From: Lawsonibacter sp.
Lineage (GTDB): Bacteria; Bacillota; Clostridia; Oscillospirales; Oscillospiraceae
Length of the DNA: 64,000 nucleotides
Assembly (NCBI GenBank): GCA_020025455.1
Contig: JAHHSC010000001.1
Coordinates: 12,009-76,008, forward strand
Direction of reading: 5' to 3'
The first letter of the stretch is position 1, and the number at the start of each line of letters is the position of its first letter. The notes below the pieces were generated by a model. That model did not search any database, was not told the DNA's origin, and saw only the letters and a list, made by a program, of their open reading frames with translations. The position numbers and the translations under genes were made by a program. Below are positions 27,976 through 38,425 of this stretch, piece after piece.

Positions 27976-29040
27976 TCAGAACGAAAGCTGTTCCAGCTCT
28001 GTCTCCCCGGCAGGAACGCTGTAGCCCAAATACTGATAGGCTTTCGGGGTCACACAGCGGCCTCTGGGCGTGCGTGTGAGAAAGCCCAGCTGCATCAGGT
28101 AGGGTTCGTATACATCCTCCAGGGTCACGGACTCCTCGTTGATGGTGGCCGCCAGAGTCTCCAGGCCGACAGGCCCGCCCCGGTAATTTTCGATGATGCT
28201 GCGGAGCATACGGTGGTCGATGGCGTCAAGGCCAAGCTGGTCGATCTCCAGGGCGGTCAGCGCCTCGTTGGCCACCGTCTGGGTGATGACACCTCCGGCA
28301 CGGACCTGAGCAAAATCCCGGACCCGTCGGAGCATACGGTTGGCGATACGCGGGGTGCCGCGGCTGCGGCGTGCGATCTCCATCGCGCCCTCCGGCTCGA
28401 TGGGCACCTCCAGAATACCGGCCGAACGGGTCACGATCAGGGCCAGCTCTTCAGGGCTGTAGAGCTCCAGACGCAGGGTGACTCCGAAGCGGTCACGGAG
28501 CGGGGCAGACAGCTGCCCGGCCCGGGTGGTGGCCCCGATGAGGGTGAATTTAGGCAGGTCCAGACGAACCGAGTTGGCGGAGGGACCCTTGCCGATGATA
28601 ATATCAATGGCGTAGTCCTCCATAGCTGGGTACAGAATTTCCTCCACCGCTCGATTCAGGCGGTGGATCTCATCCACAAAGAGGATGTCGTTCTCCCCCA
28701 GGTTGGTCAGCAGAGCCGCCAGATCGCCCGCTTTCTCAATGGCAGGGCCGGAGGTAATGCGGACATTGACCCCCATCTCGTTGGCGATGATGCCGCTTAG
28801 GGTAGTTTTGCCCAGACCGGGGGGGCCGTGGAGCAGAACGTGATCAAGCGGCTCGCCGCGCATTTTTGCAGCCTGGATAAAGACCTCCAGATTGCTCTTG
28901 GCCTTCTCCTGGCCTATATACTCCCGCAGGGTCTTGGGGCGGAGGCTGAACTCCCCCTCGTCCTCACGGGTCAGGGATGTTGTAACCAGTGGGGTGTCCT
29001 CTTCAATGTCAAGTTCGCGGTTGGAAAAATCGATGGACAA
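27976..29040 (-). CDS. ruvB: Holliday junction helicase RuvB
   Basis: [39 protein letters not shown]. Confidence 0.98.
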   Translation of the reverse strand: MSIDFSNRELDIEEDTPLVTTSLTREDEGEFSLRPKTLREYIGQEKAKSNLEVFIQAAKMRGEPLDHVLLHGPPGLGKTTLSGIIANEMGVNVRITSGPAIEKAGDLAALLTNLGENDILFVDEIHRLNRAVEEILYPAMEDYAIDIIIGKGPSANSVRLDLPKFTLIGATTRAGQLSAPLRDRFGVTLRLELYSPEELALIVTRSAGILEVPIEPEGAMEIARRSRGTPRIANRMLRRVRDFAQVRAGGVITQTVANEALTALEIDQLGLDAIDHRMLRSIIENYRGGPVGLETLAATINEESVTLEDVYEPYLMQLGFLTRTPRGRCVTPKAYQYLGYSVPAGETELEQLSF

Positions 29041-29073
29041 AGACTCACTTCCTGTCTATGGTGTTCAGATTGA

Positions 29074-29412
29074 TTAGCCGGGGAGACTGTTCACCAGCTC
29101 GCGGATGGTGTCCAGGAACGCCTCCTCGCCCCAGGTGTTGACCTTGAACAACAGCGCCTGGCTGCCGCCGGCGGTAATGGCAGAGAGAAACAGTTCCTCT
29201 CCCCTGCCCACTAAAGTCATGTTGAGACTGACGCGGTTTCCGCCCATGTAGCTGTATCGTTCATAGACTCGGACGGCACAGCGAAGATCACCGTGCTCGT
29301 AGTCGCTGCCTTCCTCATAGCTGGCGGTGGCGCTTCCGTTCATCACACCGTCATGAAGTTTATCCAGAACTTCGTCAAAATCGCCGTAGATTGTACGTTC
29401 CAGCTTGGCCAT
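29074..29412 (-). CDS. Conserved hypothetical protein (DUF6054-like)
   Basis: 112 aa, VRVYERYSYMGGNRVSL...ITAGGSQ..WGEEAFL; lies between ruvA and ruvB. Confidence 0.7.
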   Translation of the reverse strand: MAKLERTIYGDFDEVLDKLHDGVMNGSATASYEEGSDYEHGDLRCAVRVYERYSYMGGNRVSLNMTLVGRGEELFLSAITAGGSQALLFKVNTWGEEAFLDTIRELVNSLPG

Positions 29413-29417
29413 AGCAA

Positions 29418-30026
29418 TTACCCCTTCATCATTTTCTTCAAGGCGGCCTTAATGATCTCCTCCAATGTCATGGTGGTCAGATCCATTCCCTTTAAGGCCA
29501 GGTTGATTTCGCTCTGAGAGTAGCCCAGCACGGCCAATGCGGCGCTGGATTCGGACCGCTTGTTTTCCGGGATTACCGCGGAACCGGTGCCGGCATAGCT
29601 CTCCCCGCCGATGGCGGCGCCCTGTTCCTTGGCCAGCTTATCCTTCAGCTCCAGGATGACCCGCTGGGCAATTTTCTTGCCGATACCGGGTGCCACCGTG
29701 AGCGCCTTGGTATCCCCCGTGATGATGGCCAGAGCCAGATTGGCAGGCGTACTGGAGGACAGGATGCTGATTGCGGCCCTTGGACCTACGCCGGAGACGG
29801 AGATGAGCAGTTCAAAGAGATTTAGCTCCTCCTGACTTGCAAATCCATACAGCTCCATGGCGTCCTCTCGGACATGGAGATGCGTAAAGAGCTTTCCCTT
29901 CTCCCCCACATGGAGGGCGGCCTGGGTGAAGCTGGTGGTGCGGCAGGCATAGCCCACGCCCCCGCAGTCGATGACGGCCAGATTGGGACCGATGTGGGCC
30001 ACCTGCCCGGAGAGATAGTAAAACAT
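29418..30026 (-). CDS. ruvA: Holliday junction branch migration protein RuvA
   Basis: GGVGY, HVREDAMELYGF, VSGVGPR, PGIGKKIAQRVILELK. Confidence 0.97.
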   Translation of the reverse strand: MFYYLSGQVAHIGPNLAVIDCGGVGYACRTTSFTQAALHVGEKGKLFTHLHVREDAMELYGFASQEELNLFELLISVSGVGPRAAISILSSSTPANLALAIITGDTKALTVAPGIGKKIAQRVILELKDKLAKEQGAAIGGESYAGTGSAVIPENKRSESSAALAVLGYSQSEINLALKGMDLTTMTLEEIIKAALKKMMKG

Positions 30027-30064
30027 AGCTGAAACCCTTTCACTGTGGGGAATCCGTGATTCCC

Positions 30065-30586
30065 TCATCTTGTATCATATTTGTTGGGATCAAAAATTCG
30101 ATCCGTATTGAGCGGCGAGGTGGCCGCGCGGCCATGGCAGATCGCCAGTGCCAGCGCATCGGCTGCGTCATCCGGGCGCGGAATCTGCTTCATGCCAAGC
30201 AGCCGCTGGGTCATTAGCATAACCTGCTTTTTCTCGGCGGCTCCGTACCCCACCACGGCCTGCTTCACCTGCATAGGGGTGTACTCAAAGACAGGAACCC
30301 CCAGCTTCTCGGCGGCCAGCAGGATCACGCCGCGGCCGTGGGCCACAGCGATACCGGTGGTAATATTTTTGCTGAAGAAAAGCTCCTCCACCGCCATTTC
30401 GTCCGGGTGGAACTGTCGGATCAGCTCCTCCATGTCGTTGAAGATCTGAAGCAGCCGACTGGATAGGGGGATTCCCGGAGGGGTTGTAATGACGCCGTAC
30501 TCTACCAGCGTGTTTTTCTGCCGCTCCACCCGGACCAAGCCGAACCCAATGGTGGCCACTCCGGGGTCGATTCCCAGTATGAGCAT
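30065..30586 (-). CDS. ruvC: Crossover junction endodeoxyribonuclease RuvC
   Basis: ILGIDPG, EELFFSKN, YTPMQVKQAVVGYG, DDAADALA. Confidence 0.97.
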   Translation of the reverse strand: MLILGIDPGVATIGFGLVRVERQKNTLVEYGVITTPPGIPLSSRLLQIFNDMEELIRQFHPDEMAVEELFFSKNITTGIAVAHGRGVILLAAEKLGVPVFEYTPMQVKQAVVGYGAAEKKQVMLMTQRLLGMKQIPRPDDAADALALAICHGRAATSPLNTDRIFDPNKYDTR

Positions 30587-30651
30587 AGTCTCCTCCACAC
30601 GTGCAGGCTAGATAACCAGATTATAGCATAATTTTCTTCCGTTTGGAACAG

Positions 30652-30682
30652 AAAAAAAGGGCGGCCGTACGCCGCCCTTTTT
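30652..30682 (-). terminator. Intrinsic terminator after the Bax-inhibitor gene
   Basis: AAAAAGGGCGGC/GCCGCCCTTTTT hairpin. Confidence 0.8.
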
Positions 30683-30692
30683 AAGCTTAAAA

Positions 30693-31403
30693 TCAGTTGC
30701 TCTTTCGGTTGCCCAGGAATCGAAGCAGATACACAAACAGATTCAGAAAATCCAAATACAGATTGAGGGCCGAAAAAACAGAGGCTTTCTCCAGCATATC
30801 CGGGTATCCGCTGTAGTAGAAATAGAAACTGCGAATTTTCTGGGTATCATAAGCAGTATAGCCCAAAAAGACTGCAATGCCAATGACACTTACAATGCGA
30901 TCCAGGGCGTTGAGGCCCGGAATAAAGAGCGACAGGATGGAGTACCCAACCAAAAAAATCAAACCGCTGAACAAAATAGGCCGCAGGCTCGACAGATCTG
31001 TATGGGTAAAATGGCCATAGGCAGCCAGCACACCGAAGTAGAGTGCGGTGGCCAGGAACGTCCAGATCACGCTCATCAGATCGAAGATCAGCAGATAGAC
31101 GGACATGGTCAGTCCAAACAGCACCGAAAACGCGATAAAGATTGCCTTTGCGCTGCCCACCGACATCCGCTCGATACGTGAGGTCATGGTGAAGGACAGC
31201 ACCAGTGTGGCAATTAAGATCAGAATGTGTGCATGGACGACATAAAACACAAATCCAGACATCCAGCACACAATTACGGTGGCAAACGTGATCATCAGGC
31301 CCAACACCATCCAGAGAAAGGTCCTGCTGGTGTACTCACCTAGCGTCTCAACGCTCCGCTGGTTTTGGGCGCTCCGATCAAACTCATAGGGATCAAAGCT
31401 CAT
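30693..31403 (-). CDS. Bax inhibitor-1/YccA family membrane protein
   Basis: About 7 TM segments; TAYDTQKI and ALNLYLDFLNLF motifs; promoter TTGCAA-17-TAAAAT near 31464-31492. Confidence 0.92.
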   Translation of the reverse strand: MSFDPYEFDRSAQNQRSVETLGEYTSRTFLWMVLGLMITFATVIVCWMSGFVFYVVHAHILILIATLVLSFTMTSRIERMSVGSAKAIFIAFSVLFGLTMSVYLLIFDLMSVIWTFLATALYFGVLAAYGHFTHTDLSSLRPILFSGLIFLVGYSILSLFIPGLNALDRIVSVIGIAVFLGYTAYDTQKIRSFYFYYSGYPDMLEKASVFSALNLYLDFLNLFVYLLRFLGNRKSN

Positions 31404-31819
31404 GGATCATACTCCTCTCATATCAATCAGATCCACTTTCTGCGGCGTGGATCGCTCCATATGATTTTACCCTTAGCTTATCAAAATTGCAATCTTTTTA
31501 TGAGTCCGCTTCTCTCACTCAATCGCAACTGTCACCTGCCTGTTTCCATGAGTCAGTTGACCAGAGGTTACAAAATTTCCCATAAGCCGGTACTCGCCCA
31601 CCGCGTCAGCCTAAAAGTCAAATTTCTGTAAGGCTTATTCCATTTACAATATTTGAATTTGAATGTTTTTTGTTTGAAACAAGAAGTTTTGGGCTTCCAT
31701 CGTCCTCCCGTTCCAGCCCACTGGTTTCGGTCCGTTCCGCATTCTCCCAGGTTTCTATCACAGGTGGTCATTTCTTCACCTCCGTTTACTAGAAACACGC
31801 ACAAAAAGGTGATTTGGTC

Positions 31820-31861
31820 AAAAAAATATCCGCCGCAGTTTCGCTGCGGCGGATATTTTTT
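31820..31861. terminator. Bidirectional intrinsic terminator
   Basis: AAAAAATATCCGCCGCAG-TTTCG-CTGCGGCGGATATTTTTT. Confidence 0.85.
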
Positions 31862-32029
31862 GTATCACAGGCGGTTCCAACCTTTTTGACACACTGGAAC
31901 ACGTTTAAGTCTGCCCAAAAGGGTTCAAGCCATTTGGATTGAACGAGAAAACAACCCTAACGGCTTTTTCCCCGATTATCCTGCCAGCCGAGCCCTGCGC
32001 GCTGCCGGTTTATCGGCAGGTCAAACCGA

Positions 32030-34162
32030 TCAGGGCATCTTCGACTCACTGCCGAAGGCCACATTATAGAAGTCGTTCTCCACGATCTTGGCCGTGCTGT
32101 CCAGCTTATAGCCGACCAGCTTTTTCATGGAGGAGACGTACTCCTCCTGCTCCTCCGGCGTCATCGTTACTCCGGGCGCAGGGGTGAAGGTCTGGGTGTA
32201 TCGGTTATAGAAGCCCTTGTCCGACTTCCAACACCGGGAGGTAAAGATGACCATTCCCTCACTGTCAGAGAGAATATCGCGTCCGGCCAGCATACGGGAG
32301 TCATACTCCAGGCCAAGCAGGTTGGATACGGTGGGCAGGATATCCACCTGCCCGCAGACCTTGTCGATTACAATGGGTTCCTCAATGCTGGGGGACCACA
32401 TAAATAGCGTGTTCTTGTAGACATCGAAGTCAATCTGCTTTTCGTCCAGGTGTTCCATTGCCTTGGAGCTGCCAAACGTCTTTCCAGTCAGCTCCTCCAA
32501 AGTGGCAATATCGAAATACGGGATATGATCCGCAGTCGCCACGATCAGGGTCTTATCCAGCTGACCGGCCTGCTGTAGTTTATCGATCAAAGTCTCAAGG
32601 GCCTTGTCCACTTCCATCGCAGTACCGATATAGTTCTGGGTCACCTCACTATAGGGCAGCGCGCGGATGGTGTCCAGATAAGGCTTGACTGCCCAGTTGG
32701 CGGAATACGGCATATGACCGCTGATGGTCATGTAGTAGACATGGAAGGGCGTGGTGCTGTGGATATAGTCATCCACACTCTGCTCCACCACATAGGAGTC
32801 CCGCTGAGGCCAGCAGGGCTTCCCCCCTCCTGTCATCTCCAGATCCAAGCCGGAACCGCCCTGATGCCAGTCATAGCCCAGGTTGGTGTGGGACGCCAGA
32901 CGGCCATACATATCGCCGTTTCCGTGGTAGCCCATCACGTTATAGCCCTGCCGCTTCAGCTGCTGTGCCAGAGAGAAGTACGCATTGGTACCCAGCTCGC
33001 CGGTACGCTTCATCGTAATGGGGAATCCGTTGTTGGGATAGAGGCCCAGCAAGGTCTGGCACTCGCCGTTGGAGGTGCTGGTAAAGTGCAGCGGGGTATA
33101 GAAGTTATTGAACACAAAGCCCTCGTGGGAGAGCTTATAGAGGGTAGGCGTCAGCTGGGGATCAATGGCGTAGCCAGAAAAGCCTTCCAGACACAGCATA
33201 ATCACATTGTACCCCTCGAACATTCCGGTGTACTCGTTCTTGTTGGTGGGAGTCACGCTGTTGAAGAAGTTGGCCAGCCACTTGATATCCTTGTTGGAGG
33301 TGCTCTCAGCCAGAGCTTCCAGGTCAATGTCCATGATGTTGGGCGAGGTATCAACAGCAGGCCCCGCGGTCTGGTTCGAGCCGTTCCCGGAGTTGTCCTC
33401 ACCGGAGTTTCCGCTCAGGTCCCCGATGTTGGAGAAATCATCGTCTGTAATGCCCTTGGCCGGTACAATCTGGTGCTTAACATCCAGTCTGAGCATATTG
33501 AGCATACCCAGCTGGTCCACCTGATCGTCAATGTTGGTATTCATATGGTAGAGCATTTTGGGGGTCAGATCGCCCTTCCACGGCAGATGGATCACGCCCA
33601 AGCCCAGGACATGGAGCACCAGCGCAGCTGCCAGCGTCATGCCAGCAAGGCTCCGTTCATACGGTCTGAATCCCATATACCGCCTGCCGAAAATCAACAA
33701 CAGAATAAACGGCAGCAGGAAAACCAAAATCAGCGGGATATGGCTCACGACCGTAGAAATGATTACGTCACTATAGTCGGTGAGCTTATTTTCGGCTGCC
33801 GTCCCAAGCGAGCTAAAGGGATAGTAGGACTGCAAAATAATCTTGGCGATGACTTCCACGATATAGATCAGGGAAATCAGGAATGTCAGTACCTTGCTCA
33901 GGACGCGGTTCACCCGTTCGCAAAATGGCAGCGTCAAGGCGGTCAGTACACAGCCGCCGGCCAGTCCAAACACAATGTAGACCGGCATATAAGCCAGGGG
34001 TGCGCCCATATAGATGTGCAGGACCAACTCCAGGTACACAAACAGCACCGGAAAAAACAGCAGTCTCGCAGCAATGCTGTCACCACTTCTCTTATAGGGG
34101 GTTCGTCTGCTGTGGTGGACACTTGGCGCTGTTCGTTTTCCTTGGTAAGAAGCAGATGGCAT
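32030..34162 (-). CDS. LTA synthase family / sulfatase-fold membrane phosphotransferase
   Basis: N-terminal TM helices; NVIMLCLEG, TSNGE, MTISGHMPY, ADHIPY, QVDILPT. Confidence 0.85.
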   Translation of the reverse strand: MPSASYQGKRTAPSVHHSRRTPYKRSGDSIAARLLFFPVLFVYLELVLHIYMGAPLAYMPVYIVFGLAGGCVLTALTLPFCERVNRVLSKVLTFLISLIYIVEVIAKIILQSYYPFSSLGTAAENKLTDYSDVIISTVVSHIPLILVFLLPFILLLIFGRRYMGFRPYERSLAGMTLAAALVLHVLGLGVIHLPWKGDLTPKMLYHMNTNIDDQVDQLGMLNMLRLDVKHQIVPAKGITDDDFSNIGDLSGNSGEDNSGNGSNQTAGPAVDTSPNIMDIDLEALAESTSNKDIKWLANFFNSVTPTNKNEYTGMFEGYNVIMLCLEGFSGYAIDPQLTPTLYKLSHEGFVFNNFYTPLHFTSTSNGECQTLLGLYPNNGFPITMKRTGELGTNAYFSLAQQLKRQGYNVMGYHGNGDMYGRLASHTNLGYDWHQGGSGLDLEMTGGGKPCWPQRDSYVVEQSVDDYIHSTTPFHVYYMTISGHMPYSANWAVKPYLDTIRALPYSEVTQNYIGTAMEVDKALETLIDKLQQAGQLDKTLIVATADHIPYFDIATLEELTGKTFGSSKAMEHLDEKQIDFDVYKNTLFMWSPSIEEPIVIDKVCGQVDILPTVSNLLGLEYDSRMLAGRDILSDSEGMVIFTSRCWKSDKGFYNRYTQTFTPAPGVTMTPEEQEEYVSSMKKLVGYKLDSTAKIVENDFYNVAFGSESKMP

Positions 34163-34219
34163 TTTATTTCCTCCAAATCAATTCATACGTTGTCTGCGAA
34201 TTTGCTTTGACGCCCGGGA

Positions 34220-37200
34220 TTATCCCAACATGGAAAACAGGTCCAGCTGGCTGGTTTCCGGCAGGTCCCCAAAGGCCCCCGCCTCCTTCAGCAGCTCAAT
34301 ATGAGTTTTGGACGCCTTCGGGCAGGCAGCGGACACTTCCTCAATGGAGATAAACTGCTTGCCCTTGCTGCACTCTGCCAACGAGATGGCCGCCGTCTCG
34401 CCCAGGCCGGCTACTGACACAAAGGGAGGCCGCAGGGCGTTGTGCTCCTCATCCACGACAAAGCGTGTGGCTTCCGACTGATAGATGTCTAGTCGGTCGA
34501 AGGTGAAGCCGCGCAGATAGAACTCGTAGCACACCTCCAGCGTAGTGAGCATATCCTGCTCCACTGCCGTGGCATCCTTCTCCTTGGCCTGGATCTGACG
34601 CATCTTCTGCTGGCACACCTCCATGCCGCGGCACATGAATGCCTCGTCGAACGCCTTCGCGCGGATTGAGAAGTATGCAGCGTAGAACGCCAGCGGCCGG
34701 TGGACCTTGAACCAGGCAATGCGGAATGCCATCATGACATAGGCCACGGCGTGGGCCTTTGGAAACAGATAGGCGATCTTCTTACACGAGCCGATGTACC
34801 AGTCTGGCACGCCGTGTTCCCGCATCTCCTCCTCTGCGCCCTCCGGCAGCCCTCGGCCCTTTCGGACGGCCTCCATGATTTTGAAGGAACGCTTGGGTGC
34901 CATGCCCTTGGAGATCAAAAACAGCATGATATCGTCGCGGCAGCCGATGGCCTCACTGACCTTGGCGGTGCCCGACGTGATCAGGTCTTTGGCATTGCCA
35001 AGCCACACATCCGTACCGTGGGAGAATCCAGACAGGCGGATCAGGGTGTCGAACCGATCCGGCTTTGTGTCCTCCAGCATACCACGGACAAAGGTCGTGC
35101 CAAACTCCGGGATAGCGGTGCCGCCGGTGGGGCCCAAAATCTTATCGTTCTCATAGCCCAGCACCTTGGAGGACTGGAAGATGGACATGGTATCCGGGTC
35201 GTCCAGAGGAATATCGGTTCGGGCATTGATGCCGGTCAGGTCCTCCAGCATACGGATCATGGTTGGATCATCGTGGCCCAGCATGTCCAGCTTCAGCAGA
35301 TTTGACTCCATGGAGTGGTATTCAAAGTGGGTGGTGACGATATCACTGGTGGGATCATCGGCGGGGTGCTGCACCGGGCAGAAATCATAGATCTCCTTGT
35401 CCTGGGGAATTACCACCATGCCGCCGGGGTGCTGACCGGTGGTGCGCTTTACGCCGGTACATCCAATCGCCAGCCGCGTCTCCTCTGCCTTGGAAACGGT
35501 CTTGCCATGCTCCTCCAGATACTTCTTCACATAGCCGTAGGCGGTTTTCTCCGCCACCGTTCCAATGGTACCGGCGCGGAACACATGGGTCTGACCGAAC
35601 AGCTCAAAGGTGTAGCGATGGGCGTTGGCTTGGTACTCGCCGGAGAAGTTCAAGTCGATATCGGGGACCTTATCGCCGCCGAAGCCCAGAAAGGTCTCAA
35701 AGGGGATGTTGAAGCCATCCTTCACATAGGGGGTCCCGCAGACCGGGCAGACTGCATCGGGCATATCCGCGCCGCAGCCATAACCGTGGGCCGGGCCGTA
35801 CTCAAAATCAGAGTGCTTGCACTTGGGGCAGCGGTAGTGGGCGGGCAGCGAGTTGACCTCCGTGATGCCCGACATGAACGCCACCAGAGACGAGCCAACC
35901 GATCCTCGTGAGCCAACCAGGTACCCATGCTCCAGAGAGTTCTGCACCAGCTTCTGAGCGGACATATAAATCACATCGTACTTACAGCGGATAATGTCGC
36001 CCAGCTCGGCCTCAATGCGGTCAACGACAATCTCAGGCGGGTTTTCGCCGTAAAGCTCATGTGCTTTCCCCCACACCAGCCGCTTCAATTCTCCGTCAGA
36101 ATCCTCCAGCTTAGGGGCAAACAGGCCCTGCGGCAGCGGCTTGATGGGGTCACACCAGTTGGCGATCATGTTTGTGTTTGTCACGACCACCTCTCTGGCC
36201 TTATCCTCCCCCAAATAGGCAAATTCTTCCAACATCTCGTCGGTCGTTTTGAAGTAGATGGGCAGCGGTGCGTCGGCATCGCTGAAGCCCTTGGAGGACA
36301 GAAGGATGTGGCGGTAGATCTCATCCTTGGGGTCCAGAAAATGGACGTCACCGGTGGCACAGACGGGCTTGCCCATCTCCTCACCCAGACGTACGATAGT
36401 TCGGTTAAAGTCCCGCAGTTCCTCCTCCGACTTGACCTTTCCCTCCCGCAGCATGAACATATTGTTGCAGATGGGCTGGATTTCCAGAAAGTCGTACCAC
36501 GAGGCGATGCGTTTCAGCTCCCCCCATTCCTTATCCTCCACCACAGCCCGGAAAAGCTCACCGGCCTCACAGGCAGAGCCAATAATCAGCCCCTCACGAT
36601 TTTCGTTAATAAGGGACTTTGGCATGATGGGCTTGCGCTTAAAGTGCTCCAGATGAGAAAGGGAAATCAGCTTATACAGATTACGCAGGCCAGTTTGGTT
36701 CTTGGCCAGCACAATCAGGTGCTTAGGCTGACGACGGCTGCGGTCCGCTCCGTTTTTCTTGCGCAGCTCCGGCATGGCGCGGTTGATCTCGTTCAGATTG
36801 TGCAGACCCATAGCCTCCAGCTTCCGCCAAAAATGGGGCAGCATATAGGCCACGGTACCTGCGTCCGCATCTGCGCGGTGGTGATGGAACTCGGGCAGAT
36901 GCAGGTACTCTGCCACCACGTCCAGCTTGAACTTTTTCAGCTCAGGCAGCAGATTCTGTGCCAAAATAAGGCTGTCGATGGAGGGGTTTGGGAACGGGAT
37001 TCCAAACTTTTGACAGCCATTGCGGAGAAATCCCATATCAAATTCCGCATTGTGGGCAGCCAGTGGGCGATCCCCCGCGTAGTTCAGGAACATCTGCAGG
37101 GCCTCCTTCTGGGAGGGCGCCCCCTTAAGCATTTCGTCGGTAATACTGGTCAGCGCCGTGGTCTGGGGGTCCAGAATGCGCTCCGGGTCTACAAAGGTGT

Positions 37201-38395
37201 CAAATTCACTGATAATCTCGCCGTTTTTCAAAATGACAGCACCGATCTCAATGATCTTATCCCGCCGCTTGTCAAGGCCGGTGGTCTCCAGATCCACACA
37301 GACGATCTCATCGTGGAACCCTGCATCCACTTCCCCGTGAATTGCCACGCGGTCGTCGGTATCGTTGATATAGTAGGCCTCTACACCATAGAGCGGTTTG
37401 ATCTTCTTGGCAGAGTGCCAGGCGTCCGGGAATGACTGTGCCACACCATGGTCGGTAATGGCAATGGCGGGGTGGCCCCAAGCCTCTGCCCGTTTGACCA
37501 CATTGACCTCCGGCCCCATCTTCGGAGACACCGAAGTCAGAGCGTCCATGGTGGACATATTGGTATGCAGGTGGAGCTCCACTCGCTTCTCCTTGGCGGT
37601 ATCCTGCCTCATGGCCTTTTCAGACTTCACCACCGACACGGGTTCCAGAATCATATCCCCGTAGTACCGGTCCATATTCAGGCGTCCCTGTACCTTCACA
37701 TGCATACCGGACTTAATTCCGTCCACCAGGGGCTTGCCTTCTTCTCCGGGAAAAAACTTATTGACCCGGATGGAGCCGGTATAGTCGGTCACATCAAAGG
37801 ACACAACCCATGCACCGCGCTTTTTCAGCTCCTTGTTGTCAACCAGGAACACATCGCCCTCCACCACAACGGAGCCCATATCCAGTTCCAGATCACCGAT
37901 CGGCATGGGGGGCTTTGTGACGGCACGGCCAAAGATAACCTTGCTGTTGTTCCCTTTGCCGCCTGCGGCCGACTTCACCGCAGGGCGGGTCACGCACTTC
38001 ATAGCCGCTTTACGAATGGCTTCGCTGCGGGCAAATGCGTCGTCTACAGGGACGTGATCCGTCTGTTTTGCAGCGGGTTCCGCCTTTTTCGCCGAAGCAG
38101 GCTGATCCTCCGCCGGAATTGGCTCCGCTTTGACGGGTGCGGTCTGGACTGCACATTCAGGCCGGGCCGTCTCGATCTTGACGGACTTCATGTTATAAGC
38201 GCGGCAGACCGCTTCCTCTGCCTCTCGAACCAGGTTGGGGCCTGCTCCAGCGGCACCTTCCACCACTATTTCGGCGGTACGGGCATGCGAGTCAATGGCA
38301 GCAGACAAAATGAGCCAGCCCTCCACCGCTCTGGACAACTCGGTCCAGCGGCGCAGGGCAGCAAAAAGATTCAAAAAGGGTATCTTCTGGGACAT
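34220..38395 (-). CDS. polC: DNA polymerase III PolC-type
   Basis: OB fold, PHP (ELHLHT, ITDHG), exonuclease (DLETTG, HNAEFD), KVPDIDLNFSGEYQ, YLFPKAHAVAYV. Confidence 0.98.
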   Translation of the reverse strand: MSQKIPFLNLFAALRRWTELSRAVEGWLILSAAIDSHARTAEIVVEGAAGAGPNLVREAEEAVCRAYNMKSVKIETARPECAVQTAPVKAEPIPAEDQPASAKKAEPAAKQTDHVPVDDAFARSEAIRKAAMKCVTRPAVKSAAGGKGNNSKVIFGRAVTKPPMPIGDLELDMGSVVVEGDVFLVDNKELKKRGAWVVSFDVTDYTGSIRVNKFFPGEEGKPLVDGIKSGMHVKVQGRLNMDRYYGDMILEPVSVVKSEKAMRQDTAKEKRVELHLHTNMSTMDALTSVSPKMGPEVNVVKRAEAWGHPAIAITDHGVAQSFPDAWHSAKKIKPLYGVEAYYINDTDDRVAIHGEVDAGFHDEIVCVDLETTGLDKRRDKIIEIGAVILKNGEIISEFDTFVDPERILDPQTTALTSITDEMLKGAPSQKEALQMFLNYAGDRPLAAHNAEFDMGFLRNGCQKFGIPFPNPSIDSLILAQNLLPELKKFKLDVVAEYLHLPEFHHHRADADAGTVAYMLPHFWRKLEAMGLHNLNEINRAMPELRKKNGADRSRRQPKHLIVLAKNQTGLRNLYKLISLSHLEHFKRKPIMPKSLINENREGLIIGSACEAGELFRAVVEDKEWGELKRIASWYDFLEIQPICNNMFMLREGKVKSEEELRDFNRTIVRLGEEMGKPVCATGDVHFLDPKDEIYRHILLSSKGFSDADAPLPIYFKTTDEMLEEFAYLGEDKAREVVVTNTNMIANWCDPIKPLPQGLFAPKLEDSDGELKRLVWGKAHELYGENPPEIVVDRIEAELGDIIRCKYDVIYMSAQKLVQNSLEHGYLVGSRGSVGSSLVAFMSGITEVNSLPAHYRCPKCKHSDFEYGPAHGYGCGADMPDAVCPVCGTPYVKDGFNIPFETFLGFGGDKVPDIDLNFSGEYQANAHRYTFELFGQTHVFRAGTIGTVAEKTAYGYVKKYLEEHGKTVSKAEETRLAIGCTGVKRTTGQHPGGMVVIPQDKEIYDFCPVQHPADDPTSDIVTTHFEYHSMESNLLKLDMLGHDDPTMIRMLEDLTGINARTDIPLDDPDTMSIFQSSKVLGYENDKILGPTGGTAIPEFGTTFVRGMLEDTKPDRFDTLIRLSGFSHGTDVWLGNAKDLITSGTAKVSEAIGCRDDIMLFLISKGMAPKRSFKIMEAVRKGRGLPEGAEEEMREHGVPDWYIGSCKKIAYLFPKAHAVAYVMMAFRIAWFKVHRPLAFYAAYFSIRAKAFDEAFMCRGMEVCQQKMRQIQAKEKDATAVEQDMLTTLEVCYEFYLRGFTFDRLDIYQSEATRFVVDEEHNALRPPFVSVAGLGETAAISLAECSKGKQFISIEEVSAACPKASKTHIELLKEAGAFGDLPETSQLDLFSMLG

Positions 38396-38425
38396 GATCT
38401 CTATAACTCCTTGATCTGGGTTCTG

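Noticed and set aside
34220..38395. Possible intein or insertion in polC (also considered for lon, clpX and ruvB)
   Set aside because: Protein lengths and motif order are normal; no intein terminal motifs seen.
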